Source of the DNA: an uncultured candidate division Zixibacteria bacterium
GTDB taxonomy: Bacteria; Zixibacteria; MSB-5A5; RBG-16-43-9
DNA length: 64,000 nt
Direction: 5' to 3'
NCBI GenBank assembly: GCA_963713865.1
Contig: OY970208.1
Coordinates: 896,001-960,000 of the forward strand
Below are positions 20,066 through 29,037 of the stretch, in pieces (the first letter of the stretch is position 1; every line of letters begins with the position of its first letter). A program made the position numbers and the translations under genes. A model generated the notes under the pieces. The model was not told where the DNA came from and did no database searches. It was given only the letters and a program-made list of their open reading frames with translations.

Positions 20066-20134
20066 GCGGGGCTGGGAGCCCCGCCTACAAGTTATAATCC
20101 ACTAATCCCTCGTAGGGCGAGCACCCTTGCCCGC
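20066..20134. repeat. Divergent pair of GTAG REP-like palindromes
   Basis: GCGGGGCT-ggg-AGCCCCGC-CTAC (20066-20088) and GTAG-GGCGAG..CTTGCCC (20112-20132). Confidence 0.65.
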
Positions 20135-20154
20135 CAAATCGATTTAAAAATTTT

Positions 20155-21300
20155 TCATCTCTTAGACGGCTCCCAGATTATCTCCCTTTTCCCCAGGATA
20201 AATTTTGTCCAGGCTAAAAGTAAGGCAAGATTCACCAGATAAAAATAAAAAACAGATTCAATCATAGAAAAAAACCCTGTAAGCTTTTTGTTCGCCAGAA
20301 AGAATAAATACACCAGAGCGATAAAGATTGAAAAAATCTCGATTAAAAGAGTCAGTTTAAAAATAAAATGCTGCAGTAAAAACAGATTACAAAGTACCAG
20401 AAGTAAATATAAGAAAGGGGTAAGCCATCTCAAAAGTTTATGGCTTAAAAGCTCCAGGCTGAAAAGACCATATTCAAAAGGATTTAATAAGGACAGCTCA
20501 GAGAAGAAAACCTCCAGCCCGCCTAAAGCGGTTCTCTTTCTTCTTTTAAACTCCTCCTTGAAGTTTGCCACTCTGGTTACATATGCGATCCCTTCTGGCT
20601 CAGATATTACCCTTTTCCCTTTCTTTACGACCTGAAGCGTGAGGTAAAAGTCATCAATCAAATCATTGGGAATCTGGTTCACAAGCTCCCTTCTTATGGC
20701 GTAGAGACATCCACTCACACCAGTTAAATTACAAATTATACTTTCCAGCCTTCTCAACTTCATCTCCATACCTACATAGACCCCTTCACCAGATTCACCC
20801 TTTTCCTGAAGAGCAGAAATGCTCCGGTCCTCTCCACTTACACATCCTACAAGTGTATCTGCGAAATTTTTAACTATCTTTACTAACGAATCCTTACTTA
20901 AAAGGGTGGAGGTATCAGTGAAGAAAACAAGCTCACTTTGTAATTCTCTTAAAGCCATATTTAAAGCTCTGGTCTTTCCGCTTCTTTTTTCAAGACGAAG
21001 AAGTTTTACTCCTTTATGTTCGTATGAGGAGACTATCTCCTCTGTTTTATCAGTAGAGCAGTCAGAGATAACCATAATCTCAAGCTTGTTTTTAGGATAA
21101 AAAAGGCTCAGACAGTTCTCTAATTTATCTTTGATTTGTTTCTCTCCATTATAGACTGGAATAAGAAGGGTAGCAGTAGGAACATCTTCTCCTTTTATAA
21201 CTGGATTAGATTTAAAAAAAGATACGACTCTCAAGAACAGAAAATATCCTGAAAAGGTATAGGATAGTAGCAACACCAGGATTATGAATAAAATAATCAT
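20155..21300 (-). CDS. GT2 glycosyltransferase (IcaA/PgaC-like, membrane)
   Basis: IPVYN, SDCSTD, GKTRALN, FTD, DD, RRKR, plus C-terminal TMs. Confidence 0.88.
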   Translation of the reverse strand: MIILFIILVLLLSYTFSGYFLFLRVVSFFKSNPVIKGEDVPTATLLIPVYNGEKQIKDKLENCLSLFYPKNKLEIMVISDCSTDKTEEIVSSYEHKGVKLLRLEKRSGKTRALNMALRELQSELVFFTDTSTLLSKDSLVKIVKNFADTLVGCVSGEDRSISALQEKGESGEGVYVGMEMKLRRLESIICNLTGVSGCLYAIRRELVNQIPNDLIDDFYLTLQVVKKGKRVISEPEGIAYVTRVANFKEEFKRRKRTALGGLEVFFSELSLLNPFEYGLFSLELLSHKLLRWLTPFLYLLLVLCNLFLLQHFIFKLTLLIEIFSIFIALVYLFFLANKKLTGFFSMIESVFYFYLVNLALLLAWTKFILGKREIIWEPSKR

Positions 21301-22415
21301 CTCAGGACCTTAGAATAAAGCTCCTCATAGTTTTTTATCATTACCTCTAAGGAGAATTTTTCTTTTGCCCTCTTCCTGCCTTCATCACCCATCTTTAATC
21401 TTAAATCTTCATTTTTTAAAAGAAAGATTGTCTTTTCAGCTAATTTCTCTGGCTCAGCCGGAGGAACCAGAAATCCGGTTTTTCCTTCAAGGACAAGTTC
21501 CGGATTTCCACCTACTCGGGTAGCAATAACCGGCTTGCCTGAAGCCATAGCTTCTAAAAGAGAGATAGAACAGCCTTCAGAATGAGAGGATAAGATGAAA
21601 ATATCCATAAGGCCTAAAAGCAAGTTCACATCCTCTCTATGTCCTAAGAATAAGACCCTGTTTTCGAGACCCAGTTCTGCACAAAGTTTAACCAGGCTGG
21701 ATTTCAACTCCCCTTCGCCTACAATCAATAGTTTAGCTTGAGGGGAAAAAGATGCGACTTTATGAAAGGATAAAATCAACGTATGATGGTCTTTAACCTC
21801 TCTCAAATTCCCCACATTCCCTAATATAAGCTCCTTTTCTCTCAGGTTTAACTCTTTCTTTAAAGGTTCTAAATCCATTTTGTTTTTAAATTTGTGAGTA
21901 TCAATCCCGTTATAAATCAACTTAACTTTTTGAGGGGAAAGTTTAAGCTTTTCTCTTAGCAGGTCCTGGATATCTTTTGAAACTACCACGATTTTTTTAA
22001 TCTGGCTGATGAAAACCTTGTAAGATAACCTCCTGGACCATTTCTCGAAGATATAGTAGCGATTATGGATCGTGGAAATCATTGGAATACCCAGTATTTT
22101 AGAAGCCCAGTACCCATAGAAATCAGTTCCCCAGGTATGGGAATGGATTAAGTCTATCCGATTCTGTTTTATAAGCTGAGTAATATTTTTCAAAAATTTA
22201 TAATCATAAATCTGAGTGCTCTCTTTAAACCAGAGGAATTTGATATTCCTTTTTCTTAATTCTGAGGTAAGTTCACCTTCTCTGAACACCCCCACATAGG
22301 ACTTGAATTTGTCCGGGTTGATAAAATCTGCCAGGTTTATAAACATCTGTTCAGCCCCACCTATGAAGCTGGTGTTGTGCAGATGAAGGATTTTTCTAAC
22401 CTTGCTCATACTCAA
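21297..22415 (-). CDS. GT4 glycosyltransferase
   Basis: GGAE; SEGCSISLLEAMASG (Ex7E motif). Confidence 0.9.
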   Translation of the reverse strand: MSMSKVRKILHLHNTSFIGGAEQMFINLADFINPDKFKSYVGVFREGELTSELRKRNIKFLWFKESTQIYDYKFLKNITQLIKQNRIDLIHSHTWGTDFYGYWASKILGIPMISTIHNRYYIFEKWSRRLSYKVFISQIKKIVVVSKDIQDLLREKLKLSPQKVKLIYNGIDTHKFKNKMDLEPLKKELNLREKELILGNVGNLREVKDHHTLILSFHKVASFSPQAKLLIVGEGELKSSLVKLCAELGLENRVLFLGHREDVNLLLGLMDIFILSSHSEGCSISLLEAMASGKPVIATRVGGNPELVLEGKTGFLVPPAEPEKLAEKTIFLLKNEDLRLKMGDEGRKRAKEKFSLEVMIKNYEELYSKVLR

Positions 22416-23533
22416 TCTAAAATCTCTTTATAAAGTTCAACTATACTTTTAACCCTCTTCTCTAAGGAAAAATTCTCCAGGACGAATTTTCGGGCACTCT
22501 CTATTAAAGCTCCTCTCATATTCTCATCGGTTAAAAGCATCATTATCGTCTGAGCTAAAGAAATTGGATCTTCAGGCGGGACTAATATCCCTGTATTTTT
22601 ATCCATTATCACCTCAGGCATTCCACCCACCTCTGTTCCTATAACCGGCTTTTTAAAAAACATCCCCTCTAAAGCTACAACTGGCATCCCCTCTGAAAGA
22701 GAAGGGAGGACAATCAGGTCTAACGATTTATAAATTGAGGTTATGTCCTTCTGGTAACCGGTGAAGATGACTTTGTAATTCAGTTTTTTCAAAGTACAAT
22801 ATTCCCTTAATTTTTTCTCATCCGGCCCCTCTCCTACAATCAAAGCAGTTACCTGAGGGAAATTTTTTATAACCTCGGAAAATGCCTGAAGAAAATAGAT
22901 CTGCCCCTTTTCCGGGCTTAACCTTCCAATGACTCCTAAGAGCTTGTCTCCCTCAGGAACCTTGAATTCCCTTCTAACTTCTAAAGGAGGGTTTTCTTCA
23001 AGCATACCCTTTTCATAGACCGCATTGTAAATAACTTTAATCTTTCTCTCTGGAATCCCCAGAGGATTTAGTTTAGAGGCTAATTCTTTTGAAACCGCCA
23101 CTACCCTATCTGGAAAATTAAGCAGGAATTTATCCAGCCGATTATAAACCCTGATCTTCCAGTCCTCATCCGTCCAGCCATGCACATATGCAATCCATGG
23201 TTTATCTATAAACCTTTTCAAGACGAAAGCAATAAAATTAGCTTTATGTCCATGAGTTTCCAGAATATCAGCTTTATGTTCTCTCAAAAGGGAGGAGAAT
23301 TGAACAATCGGTGCTGGATCATATCGGAAACGATGTCTGACACTCAGGACTTTTATCTTCCTTTTACTGGCTTCTTCGATGAACGGGGTAGTCTCTTTTT
23401 TGCCTACGGTAAATCCTACTAAAATCGGTTCACACCCATAGTCCGGGGCGATCTCACAAAAATCAAAGAGCAGTTTCCCTGGTCCTCCTATTCGATAGGT
23501 GGCAATTAGAATTATAACCTTTATCCTTTTCAT
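22412..23533 (-). CDS. GT4 glycosyltransferase
   Basis: GRLSPEKG; SEGMPVVALEGM. Confidence 0.9.
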   Translation of the reverse strand: MKRIKVIILIATYRIGGPGKLLFDFCEIAPDYGCEPILVGFTVGKKETTPFIEEASKRKIKVLSVRHRFRYDPAPIVQFSSLLREHKADILETHGHKANFIAFVLKRFIDKPWIAYVHGWTDEDWKIRVYNRLDKFLLNFPDRVVAVSKELASKLNPLGIPERKIKVIYNAVYEKGMLEENPPLEVRREFKVPEGDKLLGVIGRLSPEKGQIYFLQAFSEVIKNFPQVTALIVGEGPDEKKLREYCTLKKLNYKVIFTGYQKDITSIYKSLDLIVLPSLSEGMPVVALEGMFFKKPVIGTEVGGMPEVIMDKNTGILVPPEDPISLAQTIMMLLTDENMRGALIESARKFVLENFSLEKRVKSIVELYKEILD

Positions 23534-23566
23534 ATTAAAATTTCAAACATTATTAAAAGCCTGCTT

Positions 23567-24754
23567 TTATTGTTTGATTGTTCTCAGGTATATTTCCTCT
23601 AATTTCCAAGTTATCTTCTCCCAATCATATTTTTCCTGAACCAATCCTCTTCCCTTCTGGCTTAATTTCTTACTTAAATCGGGATCGGTTAGAACCTCCA
23701 CCACTGAGTCAGCAAAAGACTCTGGAGTATCGGCAATTAATATTTCTTCTCCAGAATGAACCTCAATACCTTCACATCCCAATGATGTCGAAACAACCGG
23801 TTTCCCCATAGCAAAAGCTTCCAGTATTTTTATCCTGGTTCCTCCCCCATAGCGAAGTGGAACTACCATGACCGCACAGCCTGACAATACCTTCCTTATA
23901 TCCTCCACGTAACCTTTTAGTATCACATTCCTGGATTTTAAAGAATTTCTTAAATTTTCCGGTAAGTCCTTTCCTACAACTACGAATTTTGCTTCGGGTA
24001 TTTTTTCGATTAGCCGTGGCCAGATCTTCTCCATAAAATAAACCAGCGCATCCACATTGGGCCTGTAATCCAATTTCCCTAAAAATAAAAGGGTTGAAGG
24101 GTCTGCTTCAACTCCTGCTGGTGTGAAATAGGATAAGTTCACACCATTGGGAATTACCTCCATAATTTTCGGTTGGGCAAAAAGTTGAAAGGTTTTCAAA
24201 TCTTTTTCTGAAACGGCAAGACAGATATCGAATTTCTTAGAATTTGTGACCTCATACTTTTTGAGCTTTCCGGCAGTTAAAGAGGCGTAATATTTTTTAA
24301 AGACGTTCTTTTCTATTTCTGAAAACCTTTCAAGATACTCTGATTCCACATTATGCATATCCAGTATCTTCAGACCTGAACAATCCCAAGGTAGATACTG
24401 AGACATATGAATATCTTCTACCTGAATAACATCATACTTTCTTGAGCTTATAATCTCCTTAGCTTTTTTCTCCATCTTTCTGGACCGGTAATTCCAGATG
24501 CTAAAGGGGATGCGGGTGAACATTCCCTTTACCAGGTCAAGAGGATTATAGGATGAGGACCTTTTAAGAGGATAAATTTCAGAACAATGCTTTGTAAGCT
24601 CAGAAAAGTTTGCTAGATTATCCTTCTCGGTATAAAAAGAAAGCAACGTAATTCGGTGTCTTTCAGATAGAAACCGGATGAAATTAAAGACCCTTATATT
24701 CCAGCCAGAATCAGGGGGGAAGGGGAATTGGCTGGTAATGAAAAGGATTTTCAT
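23567..24754 (-). CDS. GT4 glycosyltransferase (PEP-CTERM-system type)
   Basis: PFPPDSG..IR, DMHNVE, YRPNVDA, GGGTRIKILEAFA. Confidence 0.88.
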   Translation of the reverse strand: MKILFITSQFPFPPDSGWNIRVFNFIRFLSERHRITLLSFYTEKDNLANFSELTKHCSEIYPLKRSSSYNPLDLVKGMFTRIPFSIWNYRSRKMEKKAKEIISSRKYDVIQVEDIHMSQYLPWDCSGLKILDMHNVESEYLERFSEIEKNVFKKYYASLTAGKLKKYEVTNSKKFDICLAVSEKDLKTFQLFAQPKIMEVIPNGVNLSYFTPAGVEADPSTLLFLGKLDYRPNVDALVYFMEKIWPRLIEKIPEAKFVVVGKDLPENLRNSLKSRNVILKGYVEDIRKVLSGCAVMVVPLRYGGGTRIKILEAFAMGKPVVSTSLGCEGIEVHSGEEILIADTPESFADSVVEVLTDPDLSKKLSQKGRGLVQEKYDWEKITWKLEEIYLRTIKQ

Positions 24755-24763
24755 AAAAAACCT

Positions 24764-25234
24764 TTAGCCAAGTTTATTTTTATCCTTAATTTTGACTGCC
24801 GGCACACCTCCCACTACCGTATAAGGTTCAACATCTTTGGTTACTACAGATCCAGCCGCCACCACTGCTTCCTCTCCAATCACCACGCCTGGCAGAATCA
24901 AGGAGCAAGCTCCTAAGAAAGCTTTTCTTTTTATATGCACCGGGGCAACGATTCCCCTAATGGCATCATGGGCTACGATAGTTACTCGAAAAGATATGCA
25001 GACACCATCCTCTATAGTTATCAATTCAGGGTATTCGTCATCTAATAGACAATCCCTTCCTATATAGATCTCAGATCTCCCTAATTTCACACCCATTAAC
25101 CTGTAACAAGAATTCCTGAGCTGATAACTTAAAACCTGAGGAGTGATTAACGAAAGAAACTTACCGAAAAGACGAGAGGAAAATCTTAATCGCTTTTTTC
25201 TTTTATATTCCTTCATATCCATAGGTTTTAACAT
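24764..25234 (-). CDS. Hexapeptide-repeat O-acetyltransferase
   Basis: ILPGVVIGEEAVVAAGSVVTKDV..VVGGVPA. Confidence 0.88.
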   Translation of the reverse strand: MLKPMDMKEYKRKKRLRFSSRLFGKFLSLITPQVLSYQLRNSCYRLMGVKLGRSEIYIGRDCLLDDEYPELITIEDGVCISFRVTIVAHDAIRGIVAPVHIKRKAFLGACSLILPGVVIGEEAVVAAGSVVTKDVEPYTVVGGVPAVKIKDKNKLG

Positions 25235-25237
25235 AAG

Positions 25238-26422
25238 TTATTTTCCTCCCTCTCTCATAGCTTTTATTATCTCGGTTAAGTTATTTTTTGAAAGAAATTG
25301 GTGAGTGGGTAAAGTCAACAGTATTCTCTCTACTGAATTACTATTCAAAAGGTCTGAAGAGCCAGGCACAAGATAACTCTCTATTCCCGATATTTTTTCC
25401 AGAGAAGTTGGATACATTTTGGAGACCCCTAAATTTTTTCTTCTCAAAGACTGAAAAGCTTTCTCCCTTTCAATGCTATCTTTAAATAATATCGGCAGAC
25501 GCAGGTAGATTGAATAAGCATCTTTGGAAGTAGGCAGAAGCGATATTCTGTCAAAATCTTTCAAAGCGGAAATCAAATATTGAGCATTCTTTATCCTGAT
25601 CTGATTGATCTCATCTAACCTTTTTAAAAGAAACGAGCCAAGCTTTGCCTGGTATTCAGAAAGTGAAAAAAGATCAAATTCTAATGAAAATTTTGATTCG
25701 CCCAACTCCAGAGCCGGGATTTTCTCCGGAATCCAGAAAAGATAAGGGTTAAGGAAGATTTTATAGAAAAGCGTTTTCAAGAAAAATTCTATACTGTTTC
25801 CTTTTTTAAGATGTATGATCTCTTCCTGGAGCAAAAAAGATATTTCCTTATTCTGACTCAGGATAACCCCTCCTTCAATCGTGGTGATATTCTTGCCCCG
25901 GCCCAGGCTAAAAAAACCTACATCCCCCAAAGTGCCTAAATAATTATTTCCAAATCTGGCTCCCATCCCTTGAGCTACATCCTCTATCACAAAAACAGAC
26001 TTTTCCCTGCAAAGCTTGATTATCTCGGAAATATCGTGAGCTAATCCGAAATGATAAACCGGTAAAACTGCCAGGGTATTTTTATTAATAAGCTTTGAAA
26101 GTTTTTGCACATCAAGGTCTAATGTTTCCAGGGAGATGTCACATAGACAAATCTTTAACCCAGCTTTAGCTATGGCGGATGGAACAGAGAAACAAGTATA
26201 AGCCGGGATTATCACCTCATCTTTATCCCTCATTTTTTTCAGGACTTTTAAAATTAAAGTTAAAACCGCCCTCCCAGAAGAGACCAGGAAACATTCCTTT
26301 ACCTTAAAATATTCACCAAGCTCTTTTCTGAATCTCTCACTGGATTGATCCTTAGATAAAAAGCTTGAGAAAATCTCATTGAATCTGATTTTTGTACCTG
26401 CAGGTGGAATCGATTTGAACAT
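25238..26422 (-). CDS. DegT/DnrJ/EryC1/StrS-family PLP protein
   Basis: SSGR, IEDVAQ, FSLGRGK (PLP Lys), EGG, LTLPTH. Confidence 0.85.
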   Translation of the reverse strand: MFKSIPPAGTKIRFNEIFSSFLSKDQSSERFRKELGEYFKVKECFLVSSGRAVLTLILKVLKKMRDKDEVIIPAYTCFSVPSAIAKAGLKICLCDISLETLDLDVQKLSKLINKNTLAVLPVYHFGLAHDISEIIKLCREKSVFVIEDVAQGMGARFGNNYLGTLGDVGFFSLGRGKNITTIEGGVILSQNKEISFLLQEEIIHLKKGNSIEFFLKTLFYKIFLNPYLFWIPEKIPALELGESKFSLEFDLFSLSEYQAKLGSFLLKRLDEINQIRIKNAQYLISALKDFDRISLLPTSKDAYSIYLRLPILFKDSIEREKAFQSLRRKNLGVSKMYPTSLEKISGIESYLVPGSSDLLNSNSVERILLTLPTHQFLSKNNLTEIIKAMREGGK

Positions 26423-26428
26423 AAGCTC

Positions 26429-27466
26429 TCAGGGTAGGTTTCTGACGATTCTGGGTCCCAAAAAGTTAGCCCAGGCTAAAGGTAGCTTTTTCCAGAGCTT
26501 TATCCCCAAACTAAACTTCGGACTTTCTGGATTAAGTTCGGGCAGATCTTTTACTTTATTCAGATAATATTGCCAGAAAAGCTGGGTCGGCTCTTTAACC
26601 CATTGTTTTTTAAAGTTAAAAGTTCCTGAATTCCAGCTCGATCTTCCGAAATTGAATTTTTTGAACCCTTTTAAACAACCTCGTTTGATTATCTCCCAGT
26701 AAAGGATATTATTCGGGCAATAGCTTAAAAATGAGATTAAAGAAGAAGCAGAAGGAACGGTTAACATATCTTTGAAATATAAAATTAAAGCACCTCCAAT
26801 TACTTTATTCTCCAATTTCACCAGGGCTATCTCACTTTTATCCGGGAAATAAGTTAAGATGTTTTTAAACAGCTCTTTGGTCCAGACCGGGGTTCCCAGA
26901 TCCCGCATATTTAAAGAGAAGACGGAGTAAAATTGATCCAGGTTTTCTTCTCTGCCAAAAATAACTTCAAGGTTTGATTTCTGAGCCTTTCTAACCTGAT
27001 TCCGTGCCTTAGAATCTATTTTTTTCCATACTTTCTCTGGATCAGGTTCAAGCTCTAATATAAAAGTAACCTTTGAGGTTTTGGTAATTAATCTTTTATC
27101 CTCAAAATTCACACTTCTGAGCTCTAAGAACTTACACTTTTTACGTTGAGCAATCTCAACAGCTTTATCGATGAGCTTCTTCTGGATCTCAATTGAATCA
27201 GCATGGACTCCTCCATAATCCAACCAGGGTAAGGAAACTGAAAACTTTCCAAAAAGTAGGCTGGAATAATATAATAAAGGCAAAATACCCACTATCCGGT
27301 CTTCATCCACTGCTATAAGATAAACAGGCTTCTGATTGAAACTTTTCTCCAGGATGGTTTTCCATTCGATTTGATGGGCAAAAGAAGTTGAACTATTTTT
27401 CTCTACGTAGTTTTTCCATTCGCCTTCAAATTTTTCAGCGTATTCAATAATCTCCATAACCTTCAT
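26429..27466 (-). CDS. FemAB-related GNAT protein (PEP-CTERM/EPS-associated type)
   Basis: SLPWLDYGG, RNQVRKA, NMRDLGTP, FNFGRS, FKKQW. Confidence 0.85.
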   Translation of the reverse strand: MKVMEIIEYAEKFEGEWKNYVEKNSSTSFAHQIEWKTILEKSFNQKPVYLIAVDEDRIVGILPLLYYSSLLFGKFSVSLPWLDYGGVHADSIEIQKKLIDKAVEIAQRKKCKFLELRSVNFEDKRLITKTSKVTFILELEPDPEKVWKKIDSKARNQVRKAQKSNLEVIFGREENLDQFYSVFSLNMRDLGTPVWTKELFKNILTYFPDKSEIALVKLENKVIGGALILYFKDMLTVPSASSLISFLSYCPNNILYWEIIKRGCLKGFKKFNFGRSSWNSGTFNFKKQWVKEPTQLFWQYYLNKVKDLPELNPESPKFSLGIKLWKKLPLAWANFLGPRIVRNLP

Positions 27467-27490
27467 CTTTCCTTCTACTTTTTTCTATGG

Positions 27491-28870
27491 TCAAGTAACT
27501 TCTGTTTTTTTAAAAGTCTTAACCAATACTACGATCCCTAAAAGAAGATAGAGATGGGGATAATATCCCACTGAGAGAAAGAAACTTCCAACTGCATAAG
27601 CTAAAAGAGCCCCTTTTAAACCAAAAGAGATGGATTTAAGATAATTTTCCTCTCTGGTGTTTTTTATTAAAAGGGTTGCTTGCCTGAAAATATAGAATAT
27701 CAAGCCTAAATAAAATAATATCCCCAAAATCCCTGTCTCTGCAGCAATCTGGATATAGGTATTATGAGGAGCAAACCAGGGCCCGCTCTGCCCTCCAAAT
27801 TTCACTCCATAAGCCACCTCATAAGCTCCTGTTCCTACACCCCATAAGGGTCGGTCAGTAAACATTTTGATCCCAACTTTCCAAGCATGAATCCTTCCCA
27901 TGGATGATTCATCCTGCTGGTATGAGGTTATGGTCATCTGTCTTTCCCAGTATTCCCGGGGAGCGAAGAAAAAGATTGATATGAAGACAAGAACGATGGA
28001 GAAGATACCAACTAACTTCTGTTTACTTTTGAGGATGAAATAGAAAAAGACAATAAATAAAGTTATAAACCCTCCCCGGGAGGCAGTGGAGATAACCCCT
28101 AAGGTGAAAAGGAGTAAGAAAAGAAGGTAGAACAACTTTAAGATTTTCTTTTTCTCAGCTAAAAGTTGATAAAAGGTGAAAGGAAGAGCAACATTCAAAG
28201 CTAAGGCAAAATCATTTGCATCCCCCAGGAATCCTTCACCTCCACCCCCGATTCTGGTTGATACCGCAGTTGATCCCAGGAGTATAAAATCCTTAATGGC
28301 GTTAAAGGCTAAAAAGCTATTAACAATTAAGAAAACCCAGAGGAAACTCTTCAATTTTTTCTGGGAGTCAATTAAATGGATAAAAAGGATGGTGAACACC
28401 AAAATCTTTAGCATATCCACAAAGGTGTTAAAAGACCTGGTAGGCCAGAAGCTGAAAGGGATGGAAAAAGCCAGCATCAAAAAGAACAGATATAGAAGGA
28501 TAAGACCTTTTTCCTGCAAGTAGAGTTTAGATTTGGTAATTGCTGAGCGGATAGCCCAGACTACAATCAGGGCAATTGCCAATAGTCTGGTTAAATGCAG
28601 ATTCCCTAAGGCAGGGACAGTCTCCTCAAAACGCAAATAGCTCAAGATTAAATAGACCAAAACCCCTAAATAAGGGTAGAACAAAAAGGTCAGACCTATA
28701 ATCACCACTATAGCTAAGGCTGGCACGATCTCCGGTCTGGGAGAGATTAGAAGCAAATAGCCAGCGATAATAGATATAAGGATCAGCAGAAAATACCAGA
28801 GCTTTTCAGAGGTAATCCAGGAAAAGGTTTCACCCCTTTTAGAGAAGACTTTACCTTTAGACTGTTCCAT
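27491..28870 (-). CDS. O-antigen ligase/Wzy-like membrane protein
   Basis: Many TM helices; DAND, SRGG, SMGRIHAW, GVGTG, PHNTY. Confidence 0.85.
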   Translation of the reverse strand: MEQSKGKVFSKRGETFSWITSEKLWYFLLILISIIAGYLLLISPRPEIVPALAIVVIIGLTFLFYPYLGVLVYLILSYLRFEETVPALGNLHLTRLLAIALIVVWAIRSAITKSKLYLQEKGLILLYLFFLMLAFSIPFSFWPTRSFNTFVDMLKILVFTILFIHLIDSQKKLKSFLWVFLIVNSFLAFNAIKDFILLGSTAVSTRIGGGGEGFLGDANDFALALNVALPFTFYQLLAEKKKILKLFYLLFLLLFTLGVISTASRGGFITLFIVFFYFILKSKQKLVGIFSIVLVFISIFFFAPREYWERQMTITSYQQDESSMGRIHAWKVGIKMFTDRPLWGVGTGAYEVAYGVKFGGQSGPWFAPHNTYIQIAAETGILGILFYLGLIFYIFRQATLLIKNTREENYLKSISFGLKGALLAYAVGSFFLSVGYYPHLYLLLGIVVLVKTFKKTEVT

Positions 28871-29037
28871 ATTTATAAGATAGTAATTTTTTAAACAGAT
28901 AAAATAGATTTTTTAGGTATTATCCTATTTTAATTAAATCGATAATTTAGGGTAAAAATTTTTGTACAAGAAGAAATATGGAGGGTATGGTCCGAGACGA
29001 AGCTGCATCCATAGGATGCCTTCCATAGATAATAAAG

